Shown one piece after another: positions 52,460 to 61,864 of a DNA stretch of 64,000 nucleotides; the stretch's first letter is position 1, and every line of letters starts with the position of its first letter. The notes under the pieces are model-generated. The model was not told the DNA's origin. It worked only from the letters and a program-made list of their open reading frames with translations, and made no database searches. Where the stretch lies: positions 962,983 through 1,026,982 of the forward strand of contig CDRNVI010000029.1 of the NCBI GenBank assembly GCA_977017575.1, given 5' to 3'. The translations under genes and the position numbers were made by a program. The stretch is from Paramoeba atlantica (Eukaryota > Protista > Discosea).

Positions 52460-53848
52460 CTACATCGGTCGCAACGACGTCATCGTGTCCACCCAGCTCA
52501 CACTGAGCAGGGCGTCATGCAGCACGGAGCCATTCCGGGTGCGACACGCCCTCTCCGCCCCCTCCCCCTCCCGGAAGTACAGGAATACGTCCTGGTTGCG
52601 TCGCTCCATGTCCAGCACCTCCCCGCACTCCGCAAAGTGATTCCGGAGCTGTTCCGCTGTGGTGCGAAACGGGACATGGCTGACGAGCACCAGGTAGGCC
52701 GTGACCGGCACCAGTGGGCGTCCATCGGGGGTGTACCCGTAGTAGCCCAGGGGAGGGGGTGCGAAAGGAGCCGGAGGAGCAGAGGCGTGGAAAGGAGTGG
52801 AGACGTTTCGGGGATAAGGCGGACGAGCTCGCCCGGCTCCCCGATACCCGCCCCCACCTCGGCCTCCTGCTCGACCCCCACGTGACCCCGAACCCCGGGG
52901 TAGGTCGTTCGCTCTTGTCGTGTGGTCGAGTGGTGCCTCAGACCTGTAGGTGTGGATGGATCCCACCAGGGGGGAGGGGGGAGGGGAGGAGGGGGGAGGG
53001 GAGGAGGGGGCTGATGGGGTGACGTGAGAAGAAGAAGAAAGAAAAGGCAGAGGGAGGAGAGTACGGAGTGTGTCGCGACAGGAAGATAGAAGGGAGAAAA
53101 GACCCCCGGGACGTTGTGGGGGTGTGGGGGTTGGAGTGGTGGGGATGAGGTTTGGTGGGGTGGTGGTGTCCACATGGGGCGGTGTAGGCTCGCTGGTGGT
53201 TTCCGCAATTTCTCGGGTTTCGGTTTCCGTGTGTGTATCTTCCTCGGTGACGGATTTTGTGATATTTTCCTTGCTACTTGACAAAGAAATTTCGGATAAT
53301 TTCTCCTCCATTTTCCTTTCTTCGGCTGTATTTTGGAACTCTCCGCCCGCTGCGACATTCGGTTGAGCGTCCGCCTCCACTTTCTCCTCCTTATCACTTT
53401 CTGTCGTCATGGCCTCATCTTTTTTCTCCGCCGCACTCTTCTCAGCACCGCCGCACCTTTCCTGTACTCCATATTCCTCCTCACTCCTTGCCGGGGAGGG
53501 AGACGCAACCCTTTCCAATGTCTTATTTTCCTTTGTGATATCTTCCTCTCCCGCTTTTTCTTCCCTTTCTTTCTCTTCCATCTCTTCACCCTCCTCGCCC
53601 TCACGGTAGCTCGTAAACGCACAAGTATGAGTTATGTTAAGCATTGCGGGACGACCCGGAGGCTTGTCTCGGGGCAGTTTCTTTTTTCGTCTAGAGGGGA
53701 GGTTTACAGGGCTTCGGTTCGCCGGGGATCTCTCCTGTGATTCCGACAGTTCAAACCAAGAGGGCTCGGAAGGTTCACGGAGTAAGGGGGTGCGGACCTC
53801 GGCGTCGGTCCGGGAAGGGGTCTCGGAGGGAGATAAGGTGTGGGTCAT
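52460..53848 (-). CDS. RGG + RRM RNA-binding protein with acidic low-complexity N-terminus
   Basis: GSRGGRAGGRGGGG, then VLVSHVPFRTTAEQLRNHFAECGEV...VFLYF...GSVL. Confidence 0.75.
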   Translation of the reverse strand: MTHTLSPSETPSRTDAEVRTPLLREPSEPSWFELSESQERSPANRSPVNLPSRRKKKLPRDKPPGRPAMLNITHTCAFTSYREGEEGEEMEEKEREEKAGEEDITKENKTLERVASPSPARSEEEYGVQERCGGAEKSAAEKKDEAMTTESDKEEKVEADAQPNVAAGGEFQNTAEERKMEEKLSEISLSSSKENITKSVTEEDTHTETETREIAETTSEPTPPHVDTTTPPNLIPTTPTPTPPQRPGGLFSLLSSCRDTLRTLLPLPFLSSSSHVTPSAPSSPPPSSPPPSPLVGSIHTYRSEAPLDHTTRANDLPRGSGSRGGRAGGRGGGGYRGAGRARPPYPRNVSTPFHASAPPAPFAPPPLGYYGYTPDGRPLVPVTAYLVLVSHVPFRTTAEQLRNHFAECGEVLDMERRNQDVFLYFREGEGAERACRTRNGSVLHDALLSVSWVDTMTSLRPM

Positions 53849-54205
53849 GGGAAAATCACGCAGAAGAGGTGGTTGCTACACAGAGGACGGAATGCGGTGG
53901 TAGTGGACTCAGACTTGTGAGTATGGCGAAAAGGCGTAAGAAGTGTAGAAAAGTAGCTAAAAAAAGTGATGTGGGTTGTAGGTTACGTGGTCATTGGACC
54001 AGAATATTAAATTTTATGTAGTATTTTCAGACAAAACAAAGGATGCCTTATTTTTAGATTAGCAGTGAGGAATGCAACATTGGTATGAAAATAATTGTGG
54101 AAAATTATGTTTCATTGAATTTGGAATACAAACAGTTCAAACTTATTTACTTCAATATGTTCTTTAATGATATTTCTAGCTCCATACTTCCAGCTTTGAT
54201 CGCAC

Positions 54206-54523
54206 TTAGTCAAAGAGTCCCAGCCCCATGTCTTCGTCTTCCTCTTCCACGACTTCCTCTTTTTTCGCCTCGGCTGGGGCAGAGGTCCCAGAGGCAGCGG
54301 GAGCACTGCTGGGAGCAGCCGCACCGGTCCCCAGCGTCTGCAACTTTGCACTCCCCTCCTCGATCAACTGCGCAATATCCTTAGATCCTACCTCGTTAAA
54401 CAAGTGCTCAATGCGGTCAGAATCTGGCTCCACCCCTGCGGCACGTAAAATATCGGTTACGGTATCCTTAGTGGGTTTTTCTTCCCCGAGAGAGGCAAGA
54501 GCGTATGCAGCTAGGTATTTCAT
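54206..54523 (-). CDS. RPLP2: 60S acidic ribosomal protein P2
   Basis: MKYLAAYAL...EEEDEDMGLGLFD. Confidence 0.97.
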   Translation of the reverse strand: MKYLAAYALASLGEEKPTKDTVTDILRAAGVEPDSDRIEHLFNEVGSKDIAQLIEEGSAKLQTLGTGAAAPSSAPAASGTSAPAEAKKEEVVEEEDEDMGLGLFD

Positions 54524-54669
54524 AGAAAGGGATAGTGAGAAGTGGGTTGTGTAAAAAAACGAAAAGTTGAAACTTTTTGAATAAATATATGAAAGTATTT
54601 GTACGGCACATCTGTCTACAAAGATGATCAATTTCCCATTTCATTAAAGAGTTGAAAATGCCGTTCAAG

Positions 54670-54990
54670 TTACGACAAGAATTCGCTCAAATTATGTTGT
54701 TTTACGAATTCATGCAAACTAATAAGCTTTATTCTAACGCCATCCATGATAGTACCCAAATCCCTACGCAGAGATACGGCACGACTGCGTAACGTGCATA
54801 CCTCATAGAGGTCACAGTCCTCTCGTGGAAAACCGGCTCCATCTGTGAGCGAACCTTGCCGACCCGGTGCGGTAGCATCCAGCGTTATTTGAATCTCCTG
54901 AAGCTCAGCTTCCATAACGGACCGCTTTTTCCGGATTTCCAATAATTCAGAGCGCATGGACAAGGCTTGGTTCAATATTTGATCGTCCAT
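54670..54990 (-). CDS. Nas2/PSMD9 N-terminal domain-only protein (proteasome assembly chaperone-like, no PDZ)
   Basis: SLTDGAGFPREDCDLYEV..LR.R...LRRD...M matches Nas2_N (LVD.EGFPR.DID). Confidence 0.75.
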   Translation of the reverse strand: MDDQILNQALSMRSELLEIRKKRSVMEAELQEIQITLDATAPGRQGSLTDGAGFPREDCDLYEVCTLRSRAVSLRRDLGTIMDGVRIKLISLHEFVKQHNLSEFLS

Positions 54991-56059
54991 CTTAGCGTGG
55001 GAATACGGCTAAGTTTTCGGTGCGCTCTTCAGTAAATTTAGATCGTAACAAATAGTAATACTTCCTATAGAGAGAAATAGAAACGTAGCTCTTTCCAGTT
55101 CAATATCCACTACGTGGACATTGAGTAGTATAACAGTGGCCAAAAACAAAACAAAATGTAGTTTTGCATGACTTTTTATGTACATTTGTATTATCGGATC
55201 ATACGCAAGTGGTGTGCCCTATGGTTCTTAACTAGAAATCGGCAAATACAGCAGAATTCTGTGCACAGTATAATGAACTACACTCTAAACTGTACACACT
55301 CTAAACGTTATGCGACGCAAGTTTCATCAAAAAACGAAGCCCTTACCCCACATAAATGATTAGCTTCGATAACTAACCTTCGAAAATTCACTGTACGTTC
55401 TACACGATTTACTTCGTCTCACTATATGCCTTGTATGCAGAACATGTGAAAAAAAAACATCTCTAGTGAAAGCAAGCAAAACGTTTCCGCTTCTTTTGAA
55501 CCGTTTTCTCCCCTTTCCTCTACCTTCCTTTGTAAATTTGCCTTTATCTACAAACCCCATTCCCACCCCCTTTCCCCCTTTTCCCCTACGCAAACACCCT
55601 CCCCAGCGTCACCGCCACCACCGCCATCCCCACCACCCCCACCCCCAGGAGCCACAACTCCTCCTCCCCCCCCCTCCCCTCCCCCTCCCCGACGCCCCCC
55701 CCGCCCCCCCCGCACCCCTCCATGTCCATCTCCTCCTCCTCCTCCAGGTAGGCGTAGGAGTTGTGGCGGAAGGAGGGGGAGGGGGGAGGGGGGAGGGGGG
55801 GAGGGAGGGAAGTGGGGGGAGAGCAGAGGGGGAGGGGACCCCGAGGGGGGGGATGACCTCACGTGTGCTGGGGGTGTACAGTAACTTTAAAGAATCAAAA
55901 GTAGCAAGATTTTTCTATAATTAATAATATTTTTTATTTTCTGAGAAAATGTGTTATTGTTTTAATAGATTTCATCATTAAATAACGTTACTTTAGCAAA
56001 GTATAATGTAATAGTTATTATAGCAGTCAAATAAATATGCTTAATTAGCGCTATTTCAC

Positions 56060-57067
56060 ATGAATATATTAGTCACTGGATCTACTGGATTTATTGGTTC
56101 TGCATTAGTACTGCGTTTACTTGAACGCGGTGATACCATCATTGGTATTGATAACCATAACGACTACTATGATCCTGCCATTAAAGAAGCACGACTTGCT
56201 CGTCACATTGATAATCCACAATATACACACCTACGCATTGATCTTGCCGATCAACAAGCTATAAATGATTGCTTTGCTCAATACCAACCACAACGAGTTG
56301 TTAACTTAGCCGCACAAGCAGGTGTACGCTACTCTATTGAAAATCCGCTTGCTTATATCAATAGCAACATTGTCGGTTTCGCACATATCTTAGAAGGTTG
56401 CCGACATAATAATATTGAACATTTAGTCTATGCCAGCAGTTCAAGTGTTTATGGTGCTAATACTACGATGCCATTTTCAGTGCAACATAATGTTGATCAC
56501 CCACTTAGTCTTTATGCTGCCAGCAAAAAATCCAATGAGCTAATGGCACATACTTATAGCCACCTTTATGATTTACCAACCACTGGCTTGCGCTTTTTTA
56601 CTGTCTATGGACCTTGGGGACGCCCAGATATGGCATTGTTTACATTTACTAAAGCCATTTTATCTGGAAAACCAATTAAGGTTTTTAACTATGGCAAACA
56701 CCGTCGTGACTTTACTTATGTAGATGATATTGTTGAGGGCATTATCCGCGTTTTGGACCACCCAGCACAAAGCAATCCAAATTGGAATAGTAACAATCCT
56801 GATCCCAGTACTAGCAAAGCACCATGGCGCATTTACAATATCGGGAATAATCAACCGATCGAATTATCAAATTACATTACTGCTTTAGAAAAAGCATTAG
56901 GAAAAAAAGCTAGACAAGAATTACTACCTTTACAGCCCGGTGATGTGCCAGATACTTATGCTGATGTAGATGATTTAGTGAAACAATTCCATTATAAACC
57001 AACTACTAACATACAAGAAGGTATCACTCGTTTTGTTACATGGTATCGTGACTACTTTAATGTATAA
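56060..57067 (+). CDS. Bacterial NAD-dependent nucleotide-sugar epimerase (UDP-glucuronate 4-epimerase-like)
   Basis: [45 protein letters not shown]. Confidence 0.95.
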   Translation: MNILVTGSTGFIGSALVLRLLERGDTIIGIDNHNDYYDPAIKEARLARHIDNPQYTHLRIDLADQQAINDCFAQYQPQRVVNLAAQAGVRYSIENPLAYINSNIVGFAHILEGCRHNNIEHLVYASSSSVYGANTTMPFSVQHNVDHPLSLYAASKKSNELMAHTYSHLYDLPTTGLRFFTVYGPWGRPDMALFTFTKAILSGKPIKVFNYGKHRRDFTYVDDIVEGIIRVLDHPAQSNPNWNSNNPDPSTSKAPWRIYNIGNNQPIELSNYITALEKALGKKARQELLPLQPGDVPDTYADVDDLVKQFHYKPTTNIQEGITRFVTWYRDYFNV

Positions 57068-57106
57068 ACAGTATTTACATTACTTCATTCTTCAAGGATA
57101 AATGCA

Positions 57107-58234
57107 GTGCAAAACAAGTTGCTTTTTATCACAAATGTCGATTGGTCATTCTTGTCACATCGTTTGCCTATTGCACTGGCTGCAATCGAGCAAGGCTATG
57201 AAGTGCATATTGCAACACCACTTACTGATAAAGCAGATATATTACGGACAAATGGATTAATAGTACATTCTTTACATCTTAATAGGAAAAGCTTAAATCC
57301 CTTATCTAATCTATTAACATTATTGCATCTTGTTACCATCATAAAAAAAATAAAACCTACATTAGTACATGCTATTACTATTAAACCGGTTTTATTGAGC
57401 GGGATTGCTGCCCGTATCACTAAAGCACCTGCACTGGTAGTTGCAGTCCCTGGTTTGGGTTTTATGTATACTAATCAAAATATAAAAACCAATATATTGC
57501 GCAAATTCATTAATATTGCTTATCAACGTGTATTTGCTCATCCTAACATACATGTTATTTTTCAAAATGAAGATGATCGTCGCCTATTAATACAGCTTAC
57601 CCAATTACCAATAGCAAAAACCACATTAATTCGAGGGTCCGGTGTTAACTTAAATGATTATTCAATAAAACCGTTACCGACAGAAAAACCGACTATCATC
57701 ATGGCAGCACGTTTACTTGCCGAAAAGGGTATTCATGAATTCGTTAAAGCAGCTCAAATCATTAGTCAATCTGGATATGATGCTCATTTCGTATTAGTTG
57801 GTAAATGCGACCCAGGCAACCCATCCAGTCTACAATTAACTGACATTGAGAATTGGGTTAAACAAGGTTATATCCACTATTGGGGATATCGTACAGACAT
57901 GCCCAATGTGTTATCTAGCGGATATGCAGTGGTACTACCATCTTATTATGGCGAAGGTTTACCTAAAGTGTTAATTGAAGCTGCTGCTTGCGCACGCGCG
58001 GTCATCACAACAAATGTACCCGGCTGCCGTGATGCGATAGAACCTGGAGTAACGGGTCTATTAATACCTGCACGTGATCCCCAAGCATTAGCCACTGCAA
58101 TTAAGCAACTATTAGATGATCCTATTGGTTGTCAACGAATGGGAAATGCTGGACGTCAACTGGCAGAGCGTACATTCGATATTAAGTCTGTTATTAACAA
58201 ACACCTGATAATTTATCAAAAGCTTGAACCTTGA
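57107..58234 (+). CDS. Bacterial GT4 glycosyltransferase (CapM-like)
   Basis: FLSHRLP, FQNEDD, GSGV, ARLLAEKGIHEF, EGLPKVLIEA, PGCRDAI. Confidence 0.92.
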   Translation: MQNKLLFITNVDWSFLSHRLPIALAAIEQGYEVHIATPLTDKADILRTNGLIVHSLHLNRKSLNPLSNLLTLLHLVTIIKKIKPTLVHAITIKPVLLSGIAARITKAPALVVAVPGLGFMYTNQNIKTNILRKFINIAYQRVFAHPNIHVIFQNEDDRRLLIQLTQLPIAKTTLIRGSGVNLNDYSIKPLPTEKPTIIMAARLLAEKGIHEFVKAAQIISQSGYDAHFVLVGKCDPGNPSSLQLTDIENWVKQGYIHYWGYRTDMPNVLSSGYAVVLPSYYGEGLPKVLIEAAACARAVITTNVPGCRDAIEPGVTGLLIPARDPQALATAIKQLLDDPIGCQRMGNAGRQLAERTFDIKSVINKHLIIYQKLEP

Positions 58235-58669
58235 TAATAAAATAAATCCTAATGCGACTGACTGACGAGTATAACCCATACCAACTACAATAATGATAAA
58301 TGGCGCTGCTACTGCAAGTGCTAACCAAGGTAAAGGTTGTTTTCGGCAAAACTGCACTAACCCACTCATTAAACAAGCACTACAGACTAAATTAACACTG
58401 GTAATACCTCCACCTAACTGTGCAACTAGCCAATTTCGTGTCTACTATTTTTTATCAAACTAAATAAGCTATCGTAGTTAGCATAATCTATATAGTGATT
58501 AAGGTAGGCACCCCAATCACTACCTACCCACTTGATATCGCAATCCAATAATCAGTGTGGCAGCGATGCCATAGACCAATAGTAAGTAATTCTGTTTCTG
58601 CTGATCAACTAGATTAGGTGATAGTGTCATCAATGCAGGAAATAAAAAAAGTAACCAATAGATTGTCAT
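58235..58669 (-). pseudogene. EpsG/Wzy-type polysaccharide polymerase remnant, frameshifted and truncated
   Basis: MTIYWLLF...IGLRYQVG(S)DWGAY broken by a GGTA duplication; later GMGYTRQSVALG; cut off at the convergent GT4 stop. Confidence 0.75.
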
Positions 58670-58730
58670 GAATTTAATACTCTATTAACTTGTTGTTATA
58701 TCTTCATGAAGTGACAATATAAAATAGTAT

Positions 58731-59783
58731 TTATTTCTTTTTTTGATAGTTCTGTATATCAACATGCCTTAAAAACCAAACTATACCACTCAAATAGCCA
58801 ATAAATAACAACATAAACCCTATAAATAAATAACCATCAGCAACACCAATTTTATTTAAAATAAACGCTAAACTACTGGTTATTAACGTCACTAAACTTA
58901 AAATCATGGTAATTGTGCGTGGATGTAAGCCCATCTGTTGTAACCAATGATGGATATGTTGACGATCAGGCTTTAGCAATGGTTGACGTTGCAATAAGCG
59001 TAAACTGACAACACCACAAAAATCAAAAATCGGCACAATCATCACCCATAACATGACAACCGGCGCAATCGCTTGTGCTCCTTGGGACAAACTCACTGTA
59101 AACCACACTAAGCAAAACCCCAATACCATACTGCCAGCATCTCCCATAAACACACTGGCTACACGAGCACGGTTAAATGGGAAATTGAATACAAGAAACC
59201 CTAATAAGGCTGCTGCAATTAATGCTAAAATATGCATATCCATTAAACGACCTTCAACACCTGCAATGATAAATAACATTGTCAGCTGTATCCAACTGAT
59301 ACCGCCTGCTAAGCCATCTAAACCATCTAGCATATTGATCGCATTGATAATGCAAACTAAGGCAAAAATAGTGATAGGGATCCCCCAATTACCTAATACA
59401 ATCGGATCAACAAATAAAATATTACCGAAAGTATGTAGATAAACCTCCCCCCAAATCGTCATCAATAAACCAACAATAATTTGTGTCCATAGTCGTGTGT
59501 GTGGTTTTAATTCGTGAAAATCATCGAGTAAGCCAACGAATCCCATCAGTATTATCCCGGCCAGAAAACTACGGTATGGCGCAATCGATATATCTAGGAC
59601 TAATAAACCAATACCAATGCCAAAAACAATGGCTATCCCACCAACTAACGGCACTGGTTCTGGGTGATGTTTGCGTGGATTGGGTATATCGACTAAACAA
59701 ATGCGCTCAGCGATTAGCTTAATCATGTGAATACACATGACCGTCACAATAAATGTTAATAGATAAGTGAAATAAATTAGCAT
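58731..59783 (-). CDS. wecA: Undecaprenyl-phosphate alpha-GlcNAc-1-phosphate transferase (WecA/MraY family)
   Basis: RKHH..PVPLVGG, GLLDD, INAINMLDGLDG, FMGDAGS, PDRQHIHH. Confidence 0.9.
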   Translation of the reverse strand: MLIYFTYLLTFIVTVMCIHMIKLIAERICLVDIPNPRKHHPEPVPLVGGIAIVFGIGIGLLVLDISIAPYRSFLAGIILMGFVGLLDDFHELKPHTRLWTQIIVGLLMTIWGEVYLHTFGNILFVDPIVLGNWGIPITIFALVCIINAINMLDGLDGLAGGISWIQLTMLFIIAGVEGRLMDMHILALIAAALLGFLVFNFPFNRARVASVFMGDAGSMVLGFCLVWFTVSLSQGAQAIAPVVMLWVMIVPIFDFCGVVSLRLLQRQPLLKPDRQHIHHWLQQMGLHPRTITMILSLVTLITSSLAFILNKIGVADGYLFIGFMLLFIGYLSGIVWFLRHVDIQNYQKKK

Positions 59784-59910
59784 AACCCTTCATGGCACCA
59801 TTAGCACAATATTCGGCATATAATAACGGGTTCAGAGGGGAGTGCAAGTGTACGAGACTGGATCCTGGTCTCTGTCTTCGCTTACAGCTGCGCCACGGCT
59901 AGGAAAAGAT

Positions 59911-60771
59911 TTAATCTAACAAACTTGCTTTTAATTTCTTAATCGCATTGGCTTCAAGCTGACGGATACGTTCGGCAGAAATCTGATATTCAGCTGCCAA
60001 TTGATGTAGTGTTGCTTTTTTATCGACTAACCAACGGCGTTGGATGATGGCACGGCTACGCGGATCAAGTATTTCTAATGCATCGCGTAAACGTTGTGTA
60101 CCAACAGCGGCATTATTGCTATTTTCCAATAATAATGCCGGATCGGCTTGTTTATCTTCTAAATAATATTTTGGCGCATAGCTAACAACGTGTTGGCTAT
60201 CATCTTGATGATCAGCACCATCATAAGCCACATCTTGCGCATTTAAGCGTGCTTCCATCAACATCACTTCTTGTGGTTTTACCCCTAAGGTTTGTGCAAC
60301 TTCGTTGACTTCAGCTTGCGATGCCCAGCCTAACCGTTTTTTCGCACTGCGCAAATTAAAAAATAACTTACGTTGTGCTTTAGTAGTGGCGACTTTCACA
60401 ATCCGCCAATTACGCAAGATATATTCATGCATTTCTGCTTTGATCCAATGCACCGCAAAGGACACTAAACGCACTCCCACTGTTGGATCAAAACGTTTAA
60501 CCGCTTTCATCAAGCCAACATTGCCTTCTTGAATTAAATCAGCTTGAGCTAACCCATAGCCCGAATAACCGCGTGCAACCTTCACCACAAAACGTAAATG
60601 TGCTAACACTAATTGACGTGCTGCAGATAAGTCATTGTCTTCGACCAAACGAGTTGCTAACTCGTGTTCTTGTTGTGCAGTGAGGATCGGCATTTGATTT
60701 ACACGTTGAATGTAACTCTCTAAACTGCCTGCCGATAGGCTAAAATCAATGGATTGCAGTGCACCAGTCAC
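59911..60771 (-). CDS. rpoH: RNA polymerase sigma-32 factor
   Basis: [19 protein letters not shown] and RpoH box QRKLFFNLR; GTG start 6 nt after GAGGAG. Confidence 0.97.
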   Translation of the reverse strand: MTGALQSIDFSLSAGSLESYIQRVNQMPILTAQQEHELATRLVEDNDLSAARQLVLAHLRFVVKVARGYSGYGLAQADLIQEGNVGLMKAVKRFDPTVGVRLVSFAVHWIKAEMHEYILRNWRIVKVATTKAQRKLFFNLRSAKKRLGWASQAEVNEVAQTLGVKPQEVMLMEARLNAQDVAYDGADHQDDSQHVVSYAPKYYLEDKQADPALLLENSNNAAVGTQRLRDALEILDPRSRAIIQRRWLVDKKATLHQLAAEYQISAERIRQLEANAIKKLKASLLD

Positions 60772-60828
60772 AATAAACTCCTCTTGCAAGATGTAAGGTA
60801 CATATAATTAGTTAATCTACCGGCGATT

Positions 60829-60855
60829 TTAGCACTCTTTGCCTGAGAGTGCCAA
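60829..60855 (-). promoter_or_regulatory. CIRCE (HrcA operator) overlapping a putative sigma70 promoter of rpoH
   Basis: TTAGCACTC-N9-GAGTGCCAA, one mismatch to consensus; minus strand TTGGCA-N18-TAAAAT. Confidence 0.88.
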
Positions 60856-61003
60856 TTTGGCAAAACACCATGATCTTGCTAATAAAACCAGTTAAAACAA
60901 AGTGTTAAGTGTAAATAGACTGGTTAAAATTGATGTCCGATACTGTGTTACACGCAGCCGTTCAAATGATAGAAATCAGTATATCCTGTTTTGTTGCTTC
61001 GAA

Positions 61004-61042
61004 ATAAGTCAGATTGATATATATGTCAATCTGACTTATACT
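61004..61042 (+). promoter_or_regulatory. higBA promoter TTGATA-N17-TATACT overlapped by a 14-bp-arm palindrome (probable antitoxin operator)
   Basis: ATAAGTCAGATTGA-N8-TCAATCTGACTTAT; -35 at 61014-61019, -10 at 61037-61042. Confidence 0.8.
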
Positions 61043-61081
61043 GCTTAAATATGGAGTCATTGATATAGGTATAAAAATGAA

Positions 61082-61390
61082 ATGCGGGTTATATTAAAGA
61101 AAAAATTGCGGGACTATTACACAAACAATCCGCAAGCAAAACTGCCATTAGTCAATTGGTATTACAAAATATACTCACAAGATATTCGTAATATTAGCGA
61201 ACTAAAAAACATATTTAACAGTGTTGACCCAGCACATGGCTATACTATTTTTGATATTGGTGGCAACCATTACCGTTTAATTACAGCTATACATTATAAC
61301 CGACAACGCTGCTACATACGAACTATCTGGACACATGCTGAATATAGTAAACGGATAAACCAACAGAAATTAAAAACAGGTGAATTATGA
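61082..61390 (+). CDS. higB: HigB-family mRNA interferase toxin
   Basis: MRVI..., IFDIGGNHYRLI, THAEY. Confidence 0.9.
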   Translation: MRVILKKKLRDYYTNNPQAKLPLVNWYYKIYSQDIRNISELKNIFNSVDPAHGYTIFDIGGNHYRLITAIHYNRQRCYIRTIWTHAEYSKRINQQKLKTGEL

Positions 61391-61821
61391 AAACTGCACG
61401 ATTAAAGATTGATTACGTTGATGGTAAAACAAAGCAAGTATTCCATCAACCAGTCACCATTTTTAAAAAACCAACTAATGGTAGTGACTACCATCGACTA
61501 CAACGCTTACTCGATAACCTAATCGATCAAGTCCAAGATAATGGTAACCATCCACTGGCTACTGTGATGGAAATCATTGGTGATAATTTAGAAGCGTATG
61601 ATAATGAACATTATCCTGCTATTGGTGAAGATGTGAGTGATATTGAAATGGTAAAATATCTAATGAAAATAAATAATCTATACCAAAAAGATTTGGCATC
61701 AATATTTGGTAGCCAAGCCAATGTGTCAAAATTTTTAAATGGCCAACGAGAATTATCAAAAACACAAATAATCGGATTGAAAAAAATGTTTGGCGTTAGT
61801 GCTGATTTCTTCTTAAGGTAA
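61387..61821 (+). CDS. higA: HigA-family HTH antitoxin
   Basis: Overlaps higB stop (ATGA); LEAYD..HYP and QKDLASIFGSQANVSKFLNGQRELS HTH. Confidence 0.88.
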   Translation: MKTARLKIDYVDGKTKQVFHQPVTIFKKPTNGSDYHRLQRLLDNLIDQVQDNGNHPLATVMEIIGDNLEAYDNEHYPAIGEDVSDIEMVKYLMKINNLYQKDLASIFGSQANVSKFLNGQRELSKTQIIGLKKMFGVSADFFLR

Positions 61822-61864
61822 TGTCCACTTTAATTGCTAACAGAAACACTTCTTAATTTAGATC

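Noticed and set aside
59830-59905. tRNA-like or JUMPstart-like sequence between rpoH and wecA (GCCGTGGCGCAGCTGTAAGCG)
   Set aside because: No T-loop GTTCRA or cloverleaf, and no GGCGGTAG ops core.
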